From contig JBPYEI010000048.1 in NCBI GenBank assembly GCA_051985455.1, positions 19,340-83,339 of the forward strand: 64,000 nt of DNA, read 5' to 3'. Positions 22,600 through 34,720 of the stretch are shown one piece after another (position 1 is the stretch's first letter; each line of letters starts with the position of its first letter). The translations under genes were made by a program, and so were the position numbers. The stretch comes from Acidimicrobiales bacterium (GTDB taxonomy: Bacteria > Actinomycetota > Acidimicrobiia > Acidimicrobiales > AC-9). A model generated the notes under the pieces. It searched no databases. It was not told the origin of the DNA and saw only the letters and a list, made by a program, of their open reading frames with translations.

Positions 22600-22911
22600 T
22601 CAGCGCCGGGTCGGCATGGGTCCGGCGAAGGCGGTGACGGGGCCCTTGCGCCGCAGGCGGGCCCGCTCCTTCTCGTCGGTGCCTCCCCAGATGCCGAACT
22701 CCTGCCTCGTCTCGAGCGCGAACCGCAGGCACTCGGACCGCACCTCGCACGCCTCGCAGACCTGCTTGGCCCGCTCCATGCGCTCGAGGGCGATGCCAGT
22801 GGTGCCGCTGGGAAAGAACAGCTCGGGTGGACAGAGGCGGCAGGCGGCTCGGGCTCGCCAGCTGGTGTCGGCCTGGAGGTCGGCGGGGGCGGTCAGCACA
22901 TCATCGATCAC
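22600..22911 (-). CDS. WhiB-family Fe-S transcriptional regulator
   Basis: Four-Cys pattern AACRLC...VCEACEVRSEC followed by GIWGGTDEKER. GTG 22911 sits 11 nt after AGGAGG. The start is uncertain because the ORF is open up to 23178. Confidence 0.85.
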   Translation of the reverse strand: MIDDVLTAPADLQADTSWRARAACRLCPPELFFPSGTTGIALERMERAKQVCEACEVRSECLRFALETRQEFGIWGGTDEKERARLRRKGPVTAFAGPMPTRR

Positions 22912-23176
22912 AGCGGTTCCCGCCTCCTGGAGGTCGATCCCGTCTACCGGCGTCTCCGCTACCCGAGCCCAGGTCGGCCGAAACGTCGAACCGGGCGATC
23001 GAGCAGGTTCCCACGCTCGCCGGGCCGTCGGTTCGTTGTCTCGATCGGCCCGATCGGGTACATAGCCTGAAAAGTCCGGATGGCGGACCGAGCGGCGAGC
23101 CCACCGGTTCCTCTGGCGCCGACGGGGCCGGAGGAACCGTCGAGGCCCGTCCGAGGACCGGGAATCGAGGGATGCC

Positions 23177-24250
23177 ATGAATCCCGTCGAGCGCGGGATG
23201 CGCAGGCTCGACGCGTTCCAGCAGGGCTGGCCGCCGCTGGCCTTCCTCGTCGCCGTGGTCAGGAAGTTCGGCGACGACTCGGCCGGATCGCTGGCCGCCC
23301 TGATCGCCTACTACGGCTTTCTGTCCCTGTTTCCCCTGCTCCTCGTCCTGATCACGGTGGTCGGGCTGGTCTTCGCCAACGATCCCGGCTTCCAGCACCG
23401 CGTGGTGAGCTCGACCCTCTCACAGTTCCCGATCGTCGGAAGCCAACTGGCCGGCCCCCACGGCGTCCATTCCCTTCGGGCGGGCAGCGTGGCCGGCCTG
23501 GTCATCGGGCTGATCGTGCTCGTCTGGGGCTCGCTGGGAGTCACCCAGGCCGCCCAGAAGGCCATGGCCGAGGTGTGGAACATCCCTCAGGTGGACCGCC
23601 CGGGGTTCGTGCCGAGGATGGTCCGAAGCATCGCCTTCGTGGGGGTCCTCGGCCTCAACGCGGTGGTCATCACGGTGGTGGCCGGCTTCGCCTCGTTCGG
23701 AGGTCATTCCGTCGGTTTGCGGGTGGCGGCCGTAGTCGTCGCCCTCAGCGCTGATGTCGGGCTCTACATCGTCGCCTTTCGTGTCCTGACCCCACCATCG
23801 ATCGCTCGCTGGTCGCTCGTGCCGGGCGCCGTGATGGCCGGCGTCGCGTGGGCTGCTCTCCAGTACGTCGGGAGCTACCTGGTCGGCCATCAGCTCCGCC
23901 ACAGCAGTCAGGTCTACGGCTACTTCGCCAGCATCCTCGGCCTCATCGGCTTCCTGTATCTCGCCAGCCAGATCACGCTGTACGCAGCCGAGCTCAACGT
24001 CGTGCGGGCCCGGCGGCTGTACCCGAGGAGCCTCGTGCAGCCGCCGCTCACACCGGCCGACAAGCAGGTCCTCGTCGACATCGCCAAGGTCGGCGAGCGT
24101 CGGCCGGAGCAGCGGGTGGCGGTCGAGTTCGACCACGGCCGAGCCAGCGGCGCCGGTGAGGCTCCCTCTCCCGGCCGGGTGGCCCCGTCCGGCGCCGTCG
24201 ACGGTCGGGCGGAACGAGGTAAGCCGAGCAAACAGGGCAAACAGCCGTGA
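23177..24250 (+). CDS. YihY/BrkB-family membrane protein
   Basis: Motif GSLAALIAYYGFLSLFPLLLVL and six or more hydrophobic helices. Confidence 0.88.
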   Translation: MNPVERGMRRLDAFQQGWPPLAFLVAVVRKFGDDSAGSLAALIAYYGFLSLFPLLLVLITVVGLVFANDPGFQHRVVSSTLSQFPIVGSQLAGPHGVHSLRAGSVAGLVIGLIVLVWGSLGVTQAAQKAMAEVWNIPQVDRPGFVPRMVRSIAFVGVLGLNAVVITVVAGFASFGGHSVGLRVAAVVVALSADVGLYIVAFRVLTPPSIARWSLVPGAVMAGVAWAALQYVGSYLVGHQLRHSSQVYGYFASILGLIGFLYLASQITLYAAELNVVRARRLYPRSLVQPPLTPADKQVLVDIAKVGERRPEQRVAVEFDHGRASGAGEAPSPGRVAPSGAVDGRAERGKPSKQGKQP

Positions 24251-24444
24251 GCCTGATCGGCGGGCGGAGCAGGTGGTCGCTGCCCTTCTCCGAGCCGGCG
24301 GTGTGGTACCCGACCCTGGCCGCGCTGGCCCTGGAGGAGATGGTCGAGGTGCCGATGGCGGCGGCCGTGGTGCTGGGCCGGATACTCGTCGCCAGACGAC
24401 GATCAGGCCGGGAGGCCGACCGGGACCAGACCGGCCAGCGCTGA
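24247..24444 (+). CDS. Small protein (65 aa), unknown function
   Basis: The GTG overlaps the yihY stop (GTGA). Third-position GC is about 90% by my count. It has a hydrophobic core, WYPTLAALALEEMVEVPMAAAVVLGRILV. No family recognised. Confidence 0.45.
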   Translation: MSLIGGRSRWSLPFSEPAVWYPTLAALALEEMVEVPMAAAVVLGRILVARRRSGREADRDQTGQR

Positions 24445-24683
24445 CGAGCACATTTTTTGCGGAATCCGGAAGAGGACGGTTTGGACAACCTACGGCCGGG
24501 TAACACAGATCCAGGCCGCAAACGCCGGCGGTTCGGGGGAAGACCATGGCGGCGCCCTCCCCCCCTGCCCCATGCTCCCCCTTCCGCCGGCGGGCCAATC
24601 TCTTCTGATCTCCCCGGGCGCGGCGTCGGGAAGCAGGATCAGATGGGGGGATCAGATGGGCTGCTCGGCGGAGCCGCTTCTCC

Positions 24684-25388
24684 TCAGGCGCATGCTTCCC
24701 AGGCTCGCATCCGCTCGAGGCCACGGGCCAGCAATCGGGACACCTGCATCTGGCTCACGCCCACTCGCGATCCGATCTCGGCCTGGCTCAGCCCCTCGTG
24801 GAACCGGAGGAGCACCACGCGTCGCTCCGACAGCGGCAGACGGCTCATGAGGTCGCGCACGAGATCGCGACGGTCGACGATGCCGACGCCGGGGTCGACG
24901 GCCCCGACTCGCGTCTCGAGGGCGCGCGTGGCGTCGTCGTCCATCGCCTGGCTCAGCGACGCCGTGCGGTACAGCCGGCCGGCTTCCATGGCCTCGATGA
25001 CGTCGCTTCCACACACGCCCAGGTGCTCGGCCAGCTCCTCGATCGTCGGTGAGCGCCCCAGGGTCTGACTCAGGTGGTCGACGGCGTCACGGGTCTCGAG
25101 GTACAGCTCCTGCACACGACGTGAGACCCGTACCGCCCAGCCACGGTCGCGGAAGTGCTTCTTGAGCGTCCCGATGATCGTCGCCGTGGCGAAGGCGGGA
25201 AAGCTGGTGCCGACGTCGGGGTCGTACCGCGTGGCCGCCTCGACGAGACCCATGGAGGCCACCTGCACCAGGTCCTCGAGAGACTCGCCCCGATGGGAGA
25301 AGCGTCGAGCCAGGTATCGCGCCAGACCCAGGTGCTCCTCCACCAATCGGCCGTTGACGGTCTCGGGATGTCCCCTGGACGTCGACAT
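24684..25388 (-). CDS. Sigma-70 family sigma factor, group 3 (SigB/SigF-like)
   Basis: From ATG 25388. Region 2 is DLVQVASMGLVEAATRYDP...FATATIIGTLKKHFRD, and the region 4 HTH is LSQAEIGSRVGVSQMQVSRLL. Confidence 0.9.
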   Translation of the reverse strand: MSTSRGHPETVNGRLVEEHLGLARYLARRFSHRGESLEDLVQVASMGLVEAATRYDPDVGTSFPAFATATIIGTLKKHFRDRGWAVRVSRRVQELYLETRDAVDHLSQTLGRSPTIEELAEHLGVCGSDVIEAMEAGRLYRTASLSQAMDDDATRALETRVGAVDPGVGIVDRRDLVRDLMSRLPLSERRVVLLRFHEGLSQAEIGSRVGVSQMQVSRLLARGLERMRAWEACA

Positions 25389-25907
25389 GCCGACGGCCGA
25401 AGACTGATCACCGTCCCTCGGTGCTGGGATCGGGGCCCGGCGCGGTTCGCCGTCGTGCTTGCCCACCGGCGCGGAAGGGCGCGAAACCAAGTGCACACGA
25501 CCGCCTGACGTTCGAGACCGCAGTCGGCCGTCGCATTCGGCCATCTGCCAGTCCTGCCCGGTTGCCATCCAGCCCTCCCCCAAGGACGTCGCCTGCACTG
25601 TACGCCGTCAAACTCTGTCCCGACGAGGGCTGCCTCCATTGTACGGGCCCTCGATTCCCCCGGCGATGCTCATTGATGGGATGGTCATTTGGATTCCGCC
25701 CCACCGCAGTCGTCGCCTGCCTCCCACAGGAAATCTCCCTCATTACCCCCTATGGGGGAGGAGTAGAACCCCCATGAAAGGGTGCAGGCCGAACGAGCCT
25801 GCGGGCGTCGCTGCTGCGCGTCGTCTCGGTACGGGAAATGATTCAGAGTGATCAGAATAACATGAAATATGCTATAGAGGAGACGTGCCCGATGGGCGTC
25901 CACCCCG

Positions 25908-26504
25908 ATGATGCGGGCCTTCCTCCTCGTCGCTGCCGTCGTCGCCCTGGCTGTCCTCGGTGCGGGGGTGCTCGCCGGCGCTGTCGCCGGCACGGCGAAG
26001 CCGGGCGGGGCGCTGTTGGGCAACCAGGCCTCGACCGGGCCAACCGGTGGTGTGGCCACCGGTGGTCCATCGTCGGGTCGGGCGCTCGGGTCCATCCCGC
26101 CGACCTGGCTCGACCTGTACCAGCGGGGGGCGGCGACCTGTCCGGGACTGCCGTGGACGGTCCTGGCGGCCATCGGGACCGTCGAGAGCGACAACGGCCA
26201 GTCGGCGGCGGCCGGTGTCCACAGCGGAGCGAACTTCGCCGGCGCCGAGGGGCCGATGCAGTTCGAGCCGCCCACCTTCGCCTCGTTCGGCGTGGTCGGC
26301 CCTGGTGGGGCCGATCCGCCCGACCCCTACGACCCGGTGGACGCCGTGTACTCGGCAGCACACCTCCTGTGCACCGACGGCGGCGGAAACCCGTCGACAG
26401 TCGCCCAGGCGGTGTACGCCTACAACCACTCGTCCGACTACGTGGCCGAGGTCCTGTCACTGGCGTCGTCGTACGGTGCGGCACCAGGGGCACCGCGACC
26501 GTGA
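25908..26504 (+). CDS. Secreted lytic transglycosylase (SLT-like domain)
   Basis: Signal peptide MMRAFLLVAAVVALAVLGAG, a Gly-rich linker, then LPWTVLAAIGTVESDNG...AEGPMQFEPPTF (catalytic Glu and the G-x-MQF motif). Confidence 0.85.
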   Translation: MMRAFLLVAAVVALAVLGAGVLAGAVAGTAKPGGALLGNQASTGPTGGVATGGPSSGRALGSIPPTWLDLYQRGAATCPGLPWTVLAAIGTVESDNGQSAAAGVHSGANFAGAEGPMQFEPPTFASFGVVGPGGADPPDPYDPVDAVYSAAHLLCTDGGGNPSTVAQAVYAYNHSSDYVAEVLSLASSYGAAPGAPRP

Positions 26505-26571
26505 CACACCTGGCCGTCCCCGTGTCGCACTACGATGCCCGTCCTCGGGGACGACGAGCTCGGGGGTGAGC

Positions 26572-27543
26572 ATGGAACACGTCAACACCGTGCGGGGACC
26601 GATCGACATCGGTGCACTCGGTACGACGCTGATGCACGAGCACGTGTTCATCTTGAGCCCGGAGGTCCAGCAGAACTATCGGCTCGACTGGGACGAGGGC
26701 CGACGGATCGACGAGGCCGTCGGCCGCCTCGACGAGCTGAAGGCTCGCGGCGTCGACACGATCGTCGATCTGACGGTCCTGGGACTCGGTCGGTATATCC
26801 CTCGCATCGCTGTCATCGCCGCCCGGACCGAGCTCCAGATCGTGGTGGCCACGGGGGTGTACACCTACAAGGACGTCCCGCTGTACTTCAGCTACCGAGG
26901 TCCCGGGACGCCGCTTGACGGACCGGAGCCCATGATCGACATGTTCGTCCGCGACCTCGAGGTCGGCATCGCCGACACGGGCGTGAAGGCGGGAGTGCTC
27001 AAGTGCGCCACGGACGAGGCAGGGGTGACCCCGGGGGTGGAACGGGTGTTGTTGGCGGTCGCCCAGGCCCATCTGCGGACGGGCGCACCGATCTCGACGC
27101 ACACACACGCGCCGACGCGCCAAGGGCTCGAGCAGCAGCGCATCTTCAGCAAAGAAGGGGTCGACCTGGAGCGCGTCGTCATCGGCCACAGCGGCGATAC
27201 CACCGATCTGAGCTACCTCGAGGAGCTGATCGGCAACGGCTCGTACCTCGGAATGGACCGGTTCGGGATCGACGCCATCTTGTCGTTCGAGGAGCGTGTG
27301 TCGACGGTGGCGATGATGTGCGAGCGGGGACACGCCGACCGCATGGTGCTGTCGCACGACGCGGCGTGTCACAGCGACTGGTTCGACGACGAGATGGTCG
27401 CCGCTGTTCAGCCCAACTGGCGGTACACGCACATCTCCGACGACGTGATCCCGGCCCTGCGGGCCCGCGGGGTGTCGGACGACCATCTCCGCCAGATGCT
27501 CGTCGACAACCCGAAGAAAATCCTCGGTCCTCGAGCCGGCTGA
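26572..27543 (+). CDS. Phosphotriesterase-family protein (PTE-like lactonase/hydrolase)
   Basis: From ATG 26572: MEHVNTVRGPIDIGALGTTLMHEHVFI, a His-x-His metal motif in a TIM-barrel amidohydrolase pattern. The upstream part of the 527-aa ORF overlaps the previous gene and is rejected. Confidence 0.88.
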   Translation: MEHVNTVRGPIDIGALGTTLMHEHVFILSPEVQQNYRLDWDEGRRIDEAVGRLDELKARGVDTIVDLTVLGLGRYIPRIAVIAARTELQIVVATGVYTYKDVPLYFSYRGPGTPLDGPEPMIDMFVRDLEVGIADTGVKAGVLKCATDEAGVTPGVERVLLAVAQAHLRTGAPISTHTHAPTRQGLEQQRIFSKEGVDLERVVIGHSGDTTDLSYLEELIGNGSYLGMDRFGIDAILSFEERVSTVAMMCERGHADRMVLSHDAACHSDWFDDEMVAAVQPNWRYTHISDDVIPALRARGVSDDHLRQMLVDNPKKILGPRAG

Positions 27544-27624
27544 CTGTCTGGTCGCCGTGACCGGCCCACGCTCCGATCTCGTTTGTTACCGTCGAGAACG
27601 AGGACGACAGGGGGAGGCTCCGCC

Positions 27625-28128
27625 GTGAGCAATACGGCGCAGGGGTCCGGATGGTGGCAAGCGTCCGACGGGCGGTGGTACCCGCCCGACGCCAAACCGG
27701 GTGTCCCGCCGCCGCCGGAGGCGGAAAGCGCCGGATGGTCGAGCCCACCGGGGGGATCCGGCTCGGGTTGGGGACCCCCACAACCCCCAGGATCGCCGGC
27801 TCCGGGAGGATGGGCGCAGTTGTCCGCCTCGCAGTACCGGACGTCCACCAACGGCTTCGCCGTCGCAGCCCTCGTTCTGGGCATCATCGGCATACCGGCC
27901 GTCCTGGTGCTGGTCGGCCTGCTCTTCGCCGTGCTGGCGCTGATCTTCGGGTTGGTCGCCCGGTCGCAGATCGCCAAGTCCGGGGGCACCCAGGGAGGGG
28001 GCGGCATGGCGGTGGCCGGCATCGTTCTCGGGGGCATCGGCATCGTCCTCGAGGTCATCGTCATCGTCGTGGCGGCCACGACCGGTGGCTCGGGAGGTTC
28101 GGGAGGGCCCGGCTACTACGGCGGGTGA
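27625..28128 (+). CDS. Membrane protein: W-rich N-motif, Pro-rich linker, DUF4190-like 2-3 TM region
   Basis: GTG 27625 follows GGGGGAGG. N-terminal GSGWWQASDGRWYPP, then TM helices FAVAALVLGIIGIPAVLVLVGLLFAVLALIFGLV and MAVAGIVLGGIGIVLEVIVIVVAA. Confidence 0.75.
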   Translation: MSNTAQGSGWWQASDGRWYPPDAKPGVPPPPEAESAGWSSPPGGSGSGWGPPQPPGSPAPGGWAQLSASQYRTSTNGFAVAALVLGIIGIPAVLVLVGLLFAVLALIFGLVARSQIAKSGGTQGGGGMAVAGIVLGGIGIVLEVIVIVVAATTGGSGGSGGPGYYGG

Positions 28129-28299
28129 TCGCCGGTCCCGGGGTCCGGACCTGTCCGTGTTGCAGGTGGCTCTGCGGGTGACCGCTCCGGGCTGACAAAC
28201 CCCGCGCCGGTTGCCGTTCCCTCACAGGGGCGCTCCCGCCCGACGCCGAACTCCTATTCCAGCGGACGCGGTCGAGGCCGGGGATGGGGGTCGATCGGC

Positions 28300-29502
28300 T
28301 TGGCGGAACACGCGGCGAGCAGCACACGCGCCTGGTGGAGGCGCCATCTCGGGGGGGCGACCCGACGGGTGACCGCGCCCAGGGCAGCCGCAATCGTGGT
28401 CTGCGTGCTCGCCGCCGCCCTCCTCACCGCCGCGGCCGTTCGCGCGGCATCGACCTCGGGAGGGCCACCGTCGTCCCATGGCGTCGCCCCCCAGCGGCTG
28501 GCCGCCACGGCCCCGCCCACCGCGGGAGTACGGCGGGCGAGCGCACCCGCGCCGTCGACGCCATCGACGGCGCCGACGCCGACCGTACCAACGCCTCCGG
28601 TACCGCTGGCCGGATGCCCACCGCCCCCGCCACCGCCCAGCCGGGCGGCGCCCTCGCCCCCGTGGCACCCGTCGACTCTCGTTCCCGAGGCGGCCCTTCC
28701 CGCTCCCCCGCCGCCTGCGGCTCGGTTACGCGCCGCGCCCGCCCTGTCGGGGAAGGGTTTGTGGATCTGGCAGCTGTCGGCCAGTGAGCACGGTGACATC
28801 GGCGCCATCGTGGCCAAGTCGACCGCCGCCGGCCTCCACCAGCTCTGGGTGCGCGTGGGTGACTCCCGCGACGGCTTCTACGCCGCCCCGCAGCTGGCGG
28901 AGCTGGTGCCGGCGGCCCACCGGGCGGGGCTGGCGGTGATCGGGTGGGGCTTTCCCTACCTCTACGACCCGGTGGGCGACGCGACATGGACTCAGCAGGC
29001 CCTGGGCTGGCGCGGGCCCGACGGCAGTCGCCTGGACGGCTTCGCCGCAGACATCGAGACACCCTCGGAGGGGACCGCACTGTCGAGCCAGAGGGCGACC
29101 ACGTACCTCGGGCTGGTCCGGCCGGCGGTCCAGGCGCGGCCGCTCGTGGCGACGGTGTTCCCGCCCACCGACCACAACCTGATGCGCGTTCCCTACCGAC
29201 CCATGGCGCCCTACATCGATGCCTTCGCCCCCATGATGTACTGGGGCTGCACCGAGCCGGGAAGCTACGCACAGCTGGCGATGGATCGCCTCTCCCCCAT
29301 GGCGCCGGTGCACCTCATCGGGCAGGCCTACACCATGGCCGACGAGGGCGGCCGGGAGGTGTCGCCCAGCTCGGGCGAGATCCTGAGGTTCCTCTCCGTG
29401 GCCCGCTCGGACGGGGCACTCGGGGCCTCATTCTGGAGCTGGCAGGAGATGAACGACGATGAGTACGGCGCCGTGGCCTCGTTCAGCTGGGCCGCCCGCT
29501 AA
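28300..29502 (+). CDS. Membrane-anchored protein: Pro-rich linker and a putative TIM-barrel glycoside-hydrolase-like domain
   Basis: N-terminal TM helix AAAIVVCVLAAALLTAAAV and a PPPPPPP linker. The C-domain (GLWIWQL...LWVRVGD...IGWGFPY...GFAADIE) resembles GH25-like or GHL TIM barrels by eye only. TTG start is uncertain. Confidence 0.7.
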   Translation: MAEHAASSTRAWWRRHLGGATRRVTAPRAAAIVVCVLAAALLTAAAVRAASTSGGPPSSHGVAPQRLAATAPPTAGVRRASAPAPSTPSTAPTPTVPTPPVPLAGCPPPPPPPSRAAPSPPWHPSTLVPEAALPAPPPPAARLRAAPALSGKGLWIWQLSASEHGDIGAIVAKSTAAGLHQLWVRVGDSRDGFYAAPQLAELVPAAHRAGLAVIGWGFPYLYDPVGDATWTQQALGWRGPDGSRLDGFAADIETPSEGTALSSQRATTYLGLVRPAVQARPLVATVFPPTDHNLMRVPYRPMAPYIDAFAPMMYWGCTEPGSYAQLAMDRLSPMAPVHLIGQAYTMADEGGREVSPSSGEILRFLSVARSDGALGASFWSWQEMNDDEYGAVASFSWAAR

Positions 29503-29511
29503 CGTGGAGAG

Positions 29512-29607
29512 CACACGGGAGCCTGGTGTGACCAGGCTGAGAGGGTGAGCTGACAGCTCCCGACCGTCGGACCTGATCCGGGTAATGCCGGCGCAGGGAG
29601 TCGTGGT
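29512..29607 (+). promoter_or_regulatory. TPP (THI-box) riboswitch
   Basis: CACGGGAGCC...GGCTGAGAGGG...ACCTGATCCGGGTAATGCCGGCGCAGGGAGTCGTG matches the conserved CUGAGA and ACCUGAUCNGGNUAAUGCCNGCGNAGGGA cores. It lies immediately upstream of thiO. Confidence 0.9.
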
Positions 29608-29630
29608 GGCAACCCTCTCGTCCCAGGACG

Positions 29631-30949
29631 ATGGACGGGAGCGATGATGCGAGCAGCCCCAGCGGCCGGTTCCGGCCCGACGGCGGGATGGTGCGCGACC
29701 CTGTGACGGCTGCTGGCCAGGCCGACCTCCAGGGGGACGGACCGCAGGCGAGCACATCCGCAGGCGGGAGCAGGGACGTGGTCGTCGTCGGCGGCGGGTG
29801 CATCGGGCTGGCCACGGCCTGGAGGGCTGCCGTGGCCGGGTTGCATGTCACCGTCGCCGACCCGCATCCCGGCGCGGGCGCGTCGTGGGCGGCGGCGGGC
29901 ATGCTGGCCCCCGTCACCGAGGTGCACTATGGCGAGGAAGCGCTGCTGCGCCTCAACCTGGCGTCGGCCGAGCGCTATCCGTCGTTCGTCGAGGAGCTCG
30001 AGCTGGATGCCGACGCGGCAGTCGGGTACCGGCGGTGTGGCACCCTGTTCGTGGCGGCCGATAGCGGCGACCGCGTCGTGCTCGAGGAGCTGCATCGCTT
30101 CCAGAGGTCGCTCGGTCTCGAGGCGGAGCTCATCCCTGGTCGAGAGTGCCGCTCGCTCGAGCCGATGCTCGCTCCCGGGATCAGGGGCGGCATCCTCGCT
30201 CCCGCGGATCACCAGGTCGACAGCCGACGCTTGACACCAGCACTGCTCACGGCGGCCACGCGTCGGGGGGTGGCTCTTCGTCGCAGCGCGGTGGCCGAGG
30301 TGGTCGTGGACGGAGGTCGCGCCACAGGTGTGCGACTCGAGGGCGGCGAGATCCTCGGCGCCGACGCCGTCGTGCTGGCGGCCGGGTGCTGGTCGAGCGC
30401 GATACCAGGCCCTCCAGCCGGCGCTCTCCCGGCGGTGCGCCCGGTGAAGGGCCAGGTCCTCCACCTCCGAGGACCAGTCGACCCACCCTTCCTGTCCCGC
30501 AACCTGCGAGGCGTCGCTCGTGGCTCGCACGTCTACCTCGTGCCCCGGCACGACGGGCGCGTCGTGCTCGGCGCCACGGTCGAGGAGAAGGGCTTCGACA
30601 CCGCCGTGACCGCCGAGGCCGCCTACACCCTGCTGCGCGACGCCCGTCAGCTCCTGCCGGGTGTCCTCGAGCTCGAGCTGGCCGAGACACACAGCGGCCT
30701 CCGGCCCGGGTCGATCGACAACGCTCCCCTTCTCGGTCCCTCGGCCGTACCCGGGCTCGTCATCGCCACCGGCCACTACCGCAACGGCGTGCTGCTGACG
30801 CCAGTGACCGCCAACGCGCTGGCGACCTACCTGTCGACCGGGCGCCTCGACGAGCACATCATGCCGTTCTCGCCGGCACGGTTCGTCACAACGGGCACGC
30901 CAAGCACGGCCGGCCCGCGAGGGCGGGCGCACTCCCGGGAGCTGACCCG

Positions 30950-30953
<4 letters not shown>
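29631..30953 (+). CDS. thiO: Glycine oxidase ThiO (FAD-dependent)
   Basis: Dinucleotide fold VVVVGGGCIGLATAW in a DAO-family sequence at the head of thiSGD. ATG 29688 is an alternative start. Confidence 0.85.
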
Positions 30954-32890
<1,937 letters not shown>

Positions 32891-34720
32891 TCGACCTTGC
32901 CGGCCGGGCTCCGGCCCAGACTCGGGACGACGACGAACGATCTCGGCACCTTGAATCGGGCGAGACGCGTGCGCACCCGGTGCCTCAGCTCTTCCTCGTC
33001 GATGGCCATCTCTGCCGATGGCTCCACGACCGCGCAGATCGCTTCACCGAAGCGCTCGTCGGGAACGGCGACGCAGGCGGCGTCGGCCACCGCGGGGTGC
33101 TCCTTGAGGACCTCCTCCACCTCCTCGGGGTAGACCTTCTCGCCGCCCGTGTTGATGCACACCGAGCCGCGACCGAGCAGATGGAGCCCACCCTCCATGT
33201 CGACCTGGGCGTAGTCGCCCGGGATCGAGTAGCGCACGCCGTCGAACGTGCGAAAGTTGCGGACGGTCTTGGCCTCGTCCTTGTAGTAGCCGAGAGGGAT
33301 GAACCCGCTGATGGCCACCATCCCGATGTCGTCGGAGCCCGGGATGACCGCGCGGCCGTCGTCGGTGAACACGAGAACGTGCTCCCCCAGCTGGAAGCGG
33401 GCGGTGTGGCTTGTGCGGTCGCCGGCAGAGATGCTGGAGGCCAGGCCGACTGCCTCGGACGAGCCCAGTGAGTCGTACAGGACCGCCTGTGGCATCAGCT
33501 CGAGCAGGGCCGCCTTGGTCTCCTGGCTCCACATCACGCCCGATGAGGTCATCAGCATGACGCTCGAGGTGTCGTAGCTGGTCCGATTGTCCCGCAGCTC
33601 GGAGATCATCGGTCGGGCGAAGGCGTCCCCGACGATGGCGATCCCGTTCACCCGGTGCCGCTGCACCGCCCGCCACAGCTCGGCGGGATCGAAGCTGCGC
33701 CCTTCCAGCGTCACCACACAGCCCGCTCCGTTCATGGTGACGAAGGAGACGAACTGCCCTGTGCCGTGCATCAGGGGGCAGGCGGGGAGCGTCACGAACC
33801 CCGGTCCGGTGATCCGCGACGAGTAGTCGTCGAGGTCCTTGGCCGGGGGCTCACCGAGCACGGGGTTGCCACCGCCTCCGAGCACGTTGAAGAGGTCGTC
33901 CTGGCGCCACATGACACCTTTCGGCATCCCCGTGGTGCCGCCGGTGTAGAGCAGCAGCAGGTCGTCGCCCGAGCGACCCCACGGGCCGCGAGCTGCATCC
34001 GGTCGTCCACCGGCGGCCACCTCGTCATAAGGCGTCGACCAGTCGGGGATGGGTCCGCCGTCGTCCACCGCGTACCACCGCTTGACTCTCGGCAGGCGGC
34101 TGCGCACCGAGTCCAGCAGCCCAGCGAACGAGGTGTGGAACACCACCGCTTCGGTGTCCGAATTGTCGAAGAGGTAGGTGATCTCCTCGTGACCGTAGCG
34201 GTAGTTGGTGTTGACCGGGACCAGCCCCGCCTTGAAGGCAGCGAGATAGCTCTCGAGGTACTCGGGAGCGTTGTAGAGGTACGCCGCCACCTTGGCTTGC
34301 CGCCCGAGACCGGCCTCGAGCAGGTCGACGGCCAGGCCGTTGGCCCGCCGGTCCACCTCGGCCCAGCTGATCGTGCGTTCCCCCTGGACCTGACAGGGTG
34401 CGTCGGGCACCTTCGTCGCCACGGTCTCGTAGGCGTCGGCGAAGTTCCAGTCGGTCACGGTCGTCCCTCCCAGCACGCTCGACGGTTCCTGTTACGAGCA
34501 ACTGACCCTAATGGCCCGCTGCCTCCGGCGGGAAGAAGGGCGTGGCCCCTTCGCCGGCGGACTCTCGGGGCCAGCGCCGGCCCGGGGCCGCTCCTTGCAC
34601 GTGGAGGTGTGCCCCGGCTCGCCGCCGAAGTACTTTTCGAGATCCGCGCCAGGGGTAGGTATCGCGTGCTGCGATGACCAGCAGCGATTTGCCTCCCGAC
34701 AGCCGAAGGAGCGCCAGACG

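Noticed and set aside
22912-23178. An N-terminal 89-codon extension giving a 192-aa WhiB
   Set aside because: The extra sequence is Arg/Pro-rich and unlike WhiB N-termini. A GTG with an AGGAGG upstream gives a typical ~100-aa WhiB. The start remains uncertain.
24420-24462. Intrinsic terminator at the T-run CACATTTTTTG
   Set aside because: The only nearby stem (GGCCG...CGGCC, 5 bp with a 13-nt loop) ends about 15 nt before the T-run, so the geometry is poor for a canonical terminator.
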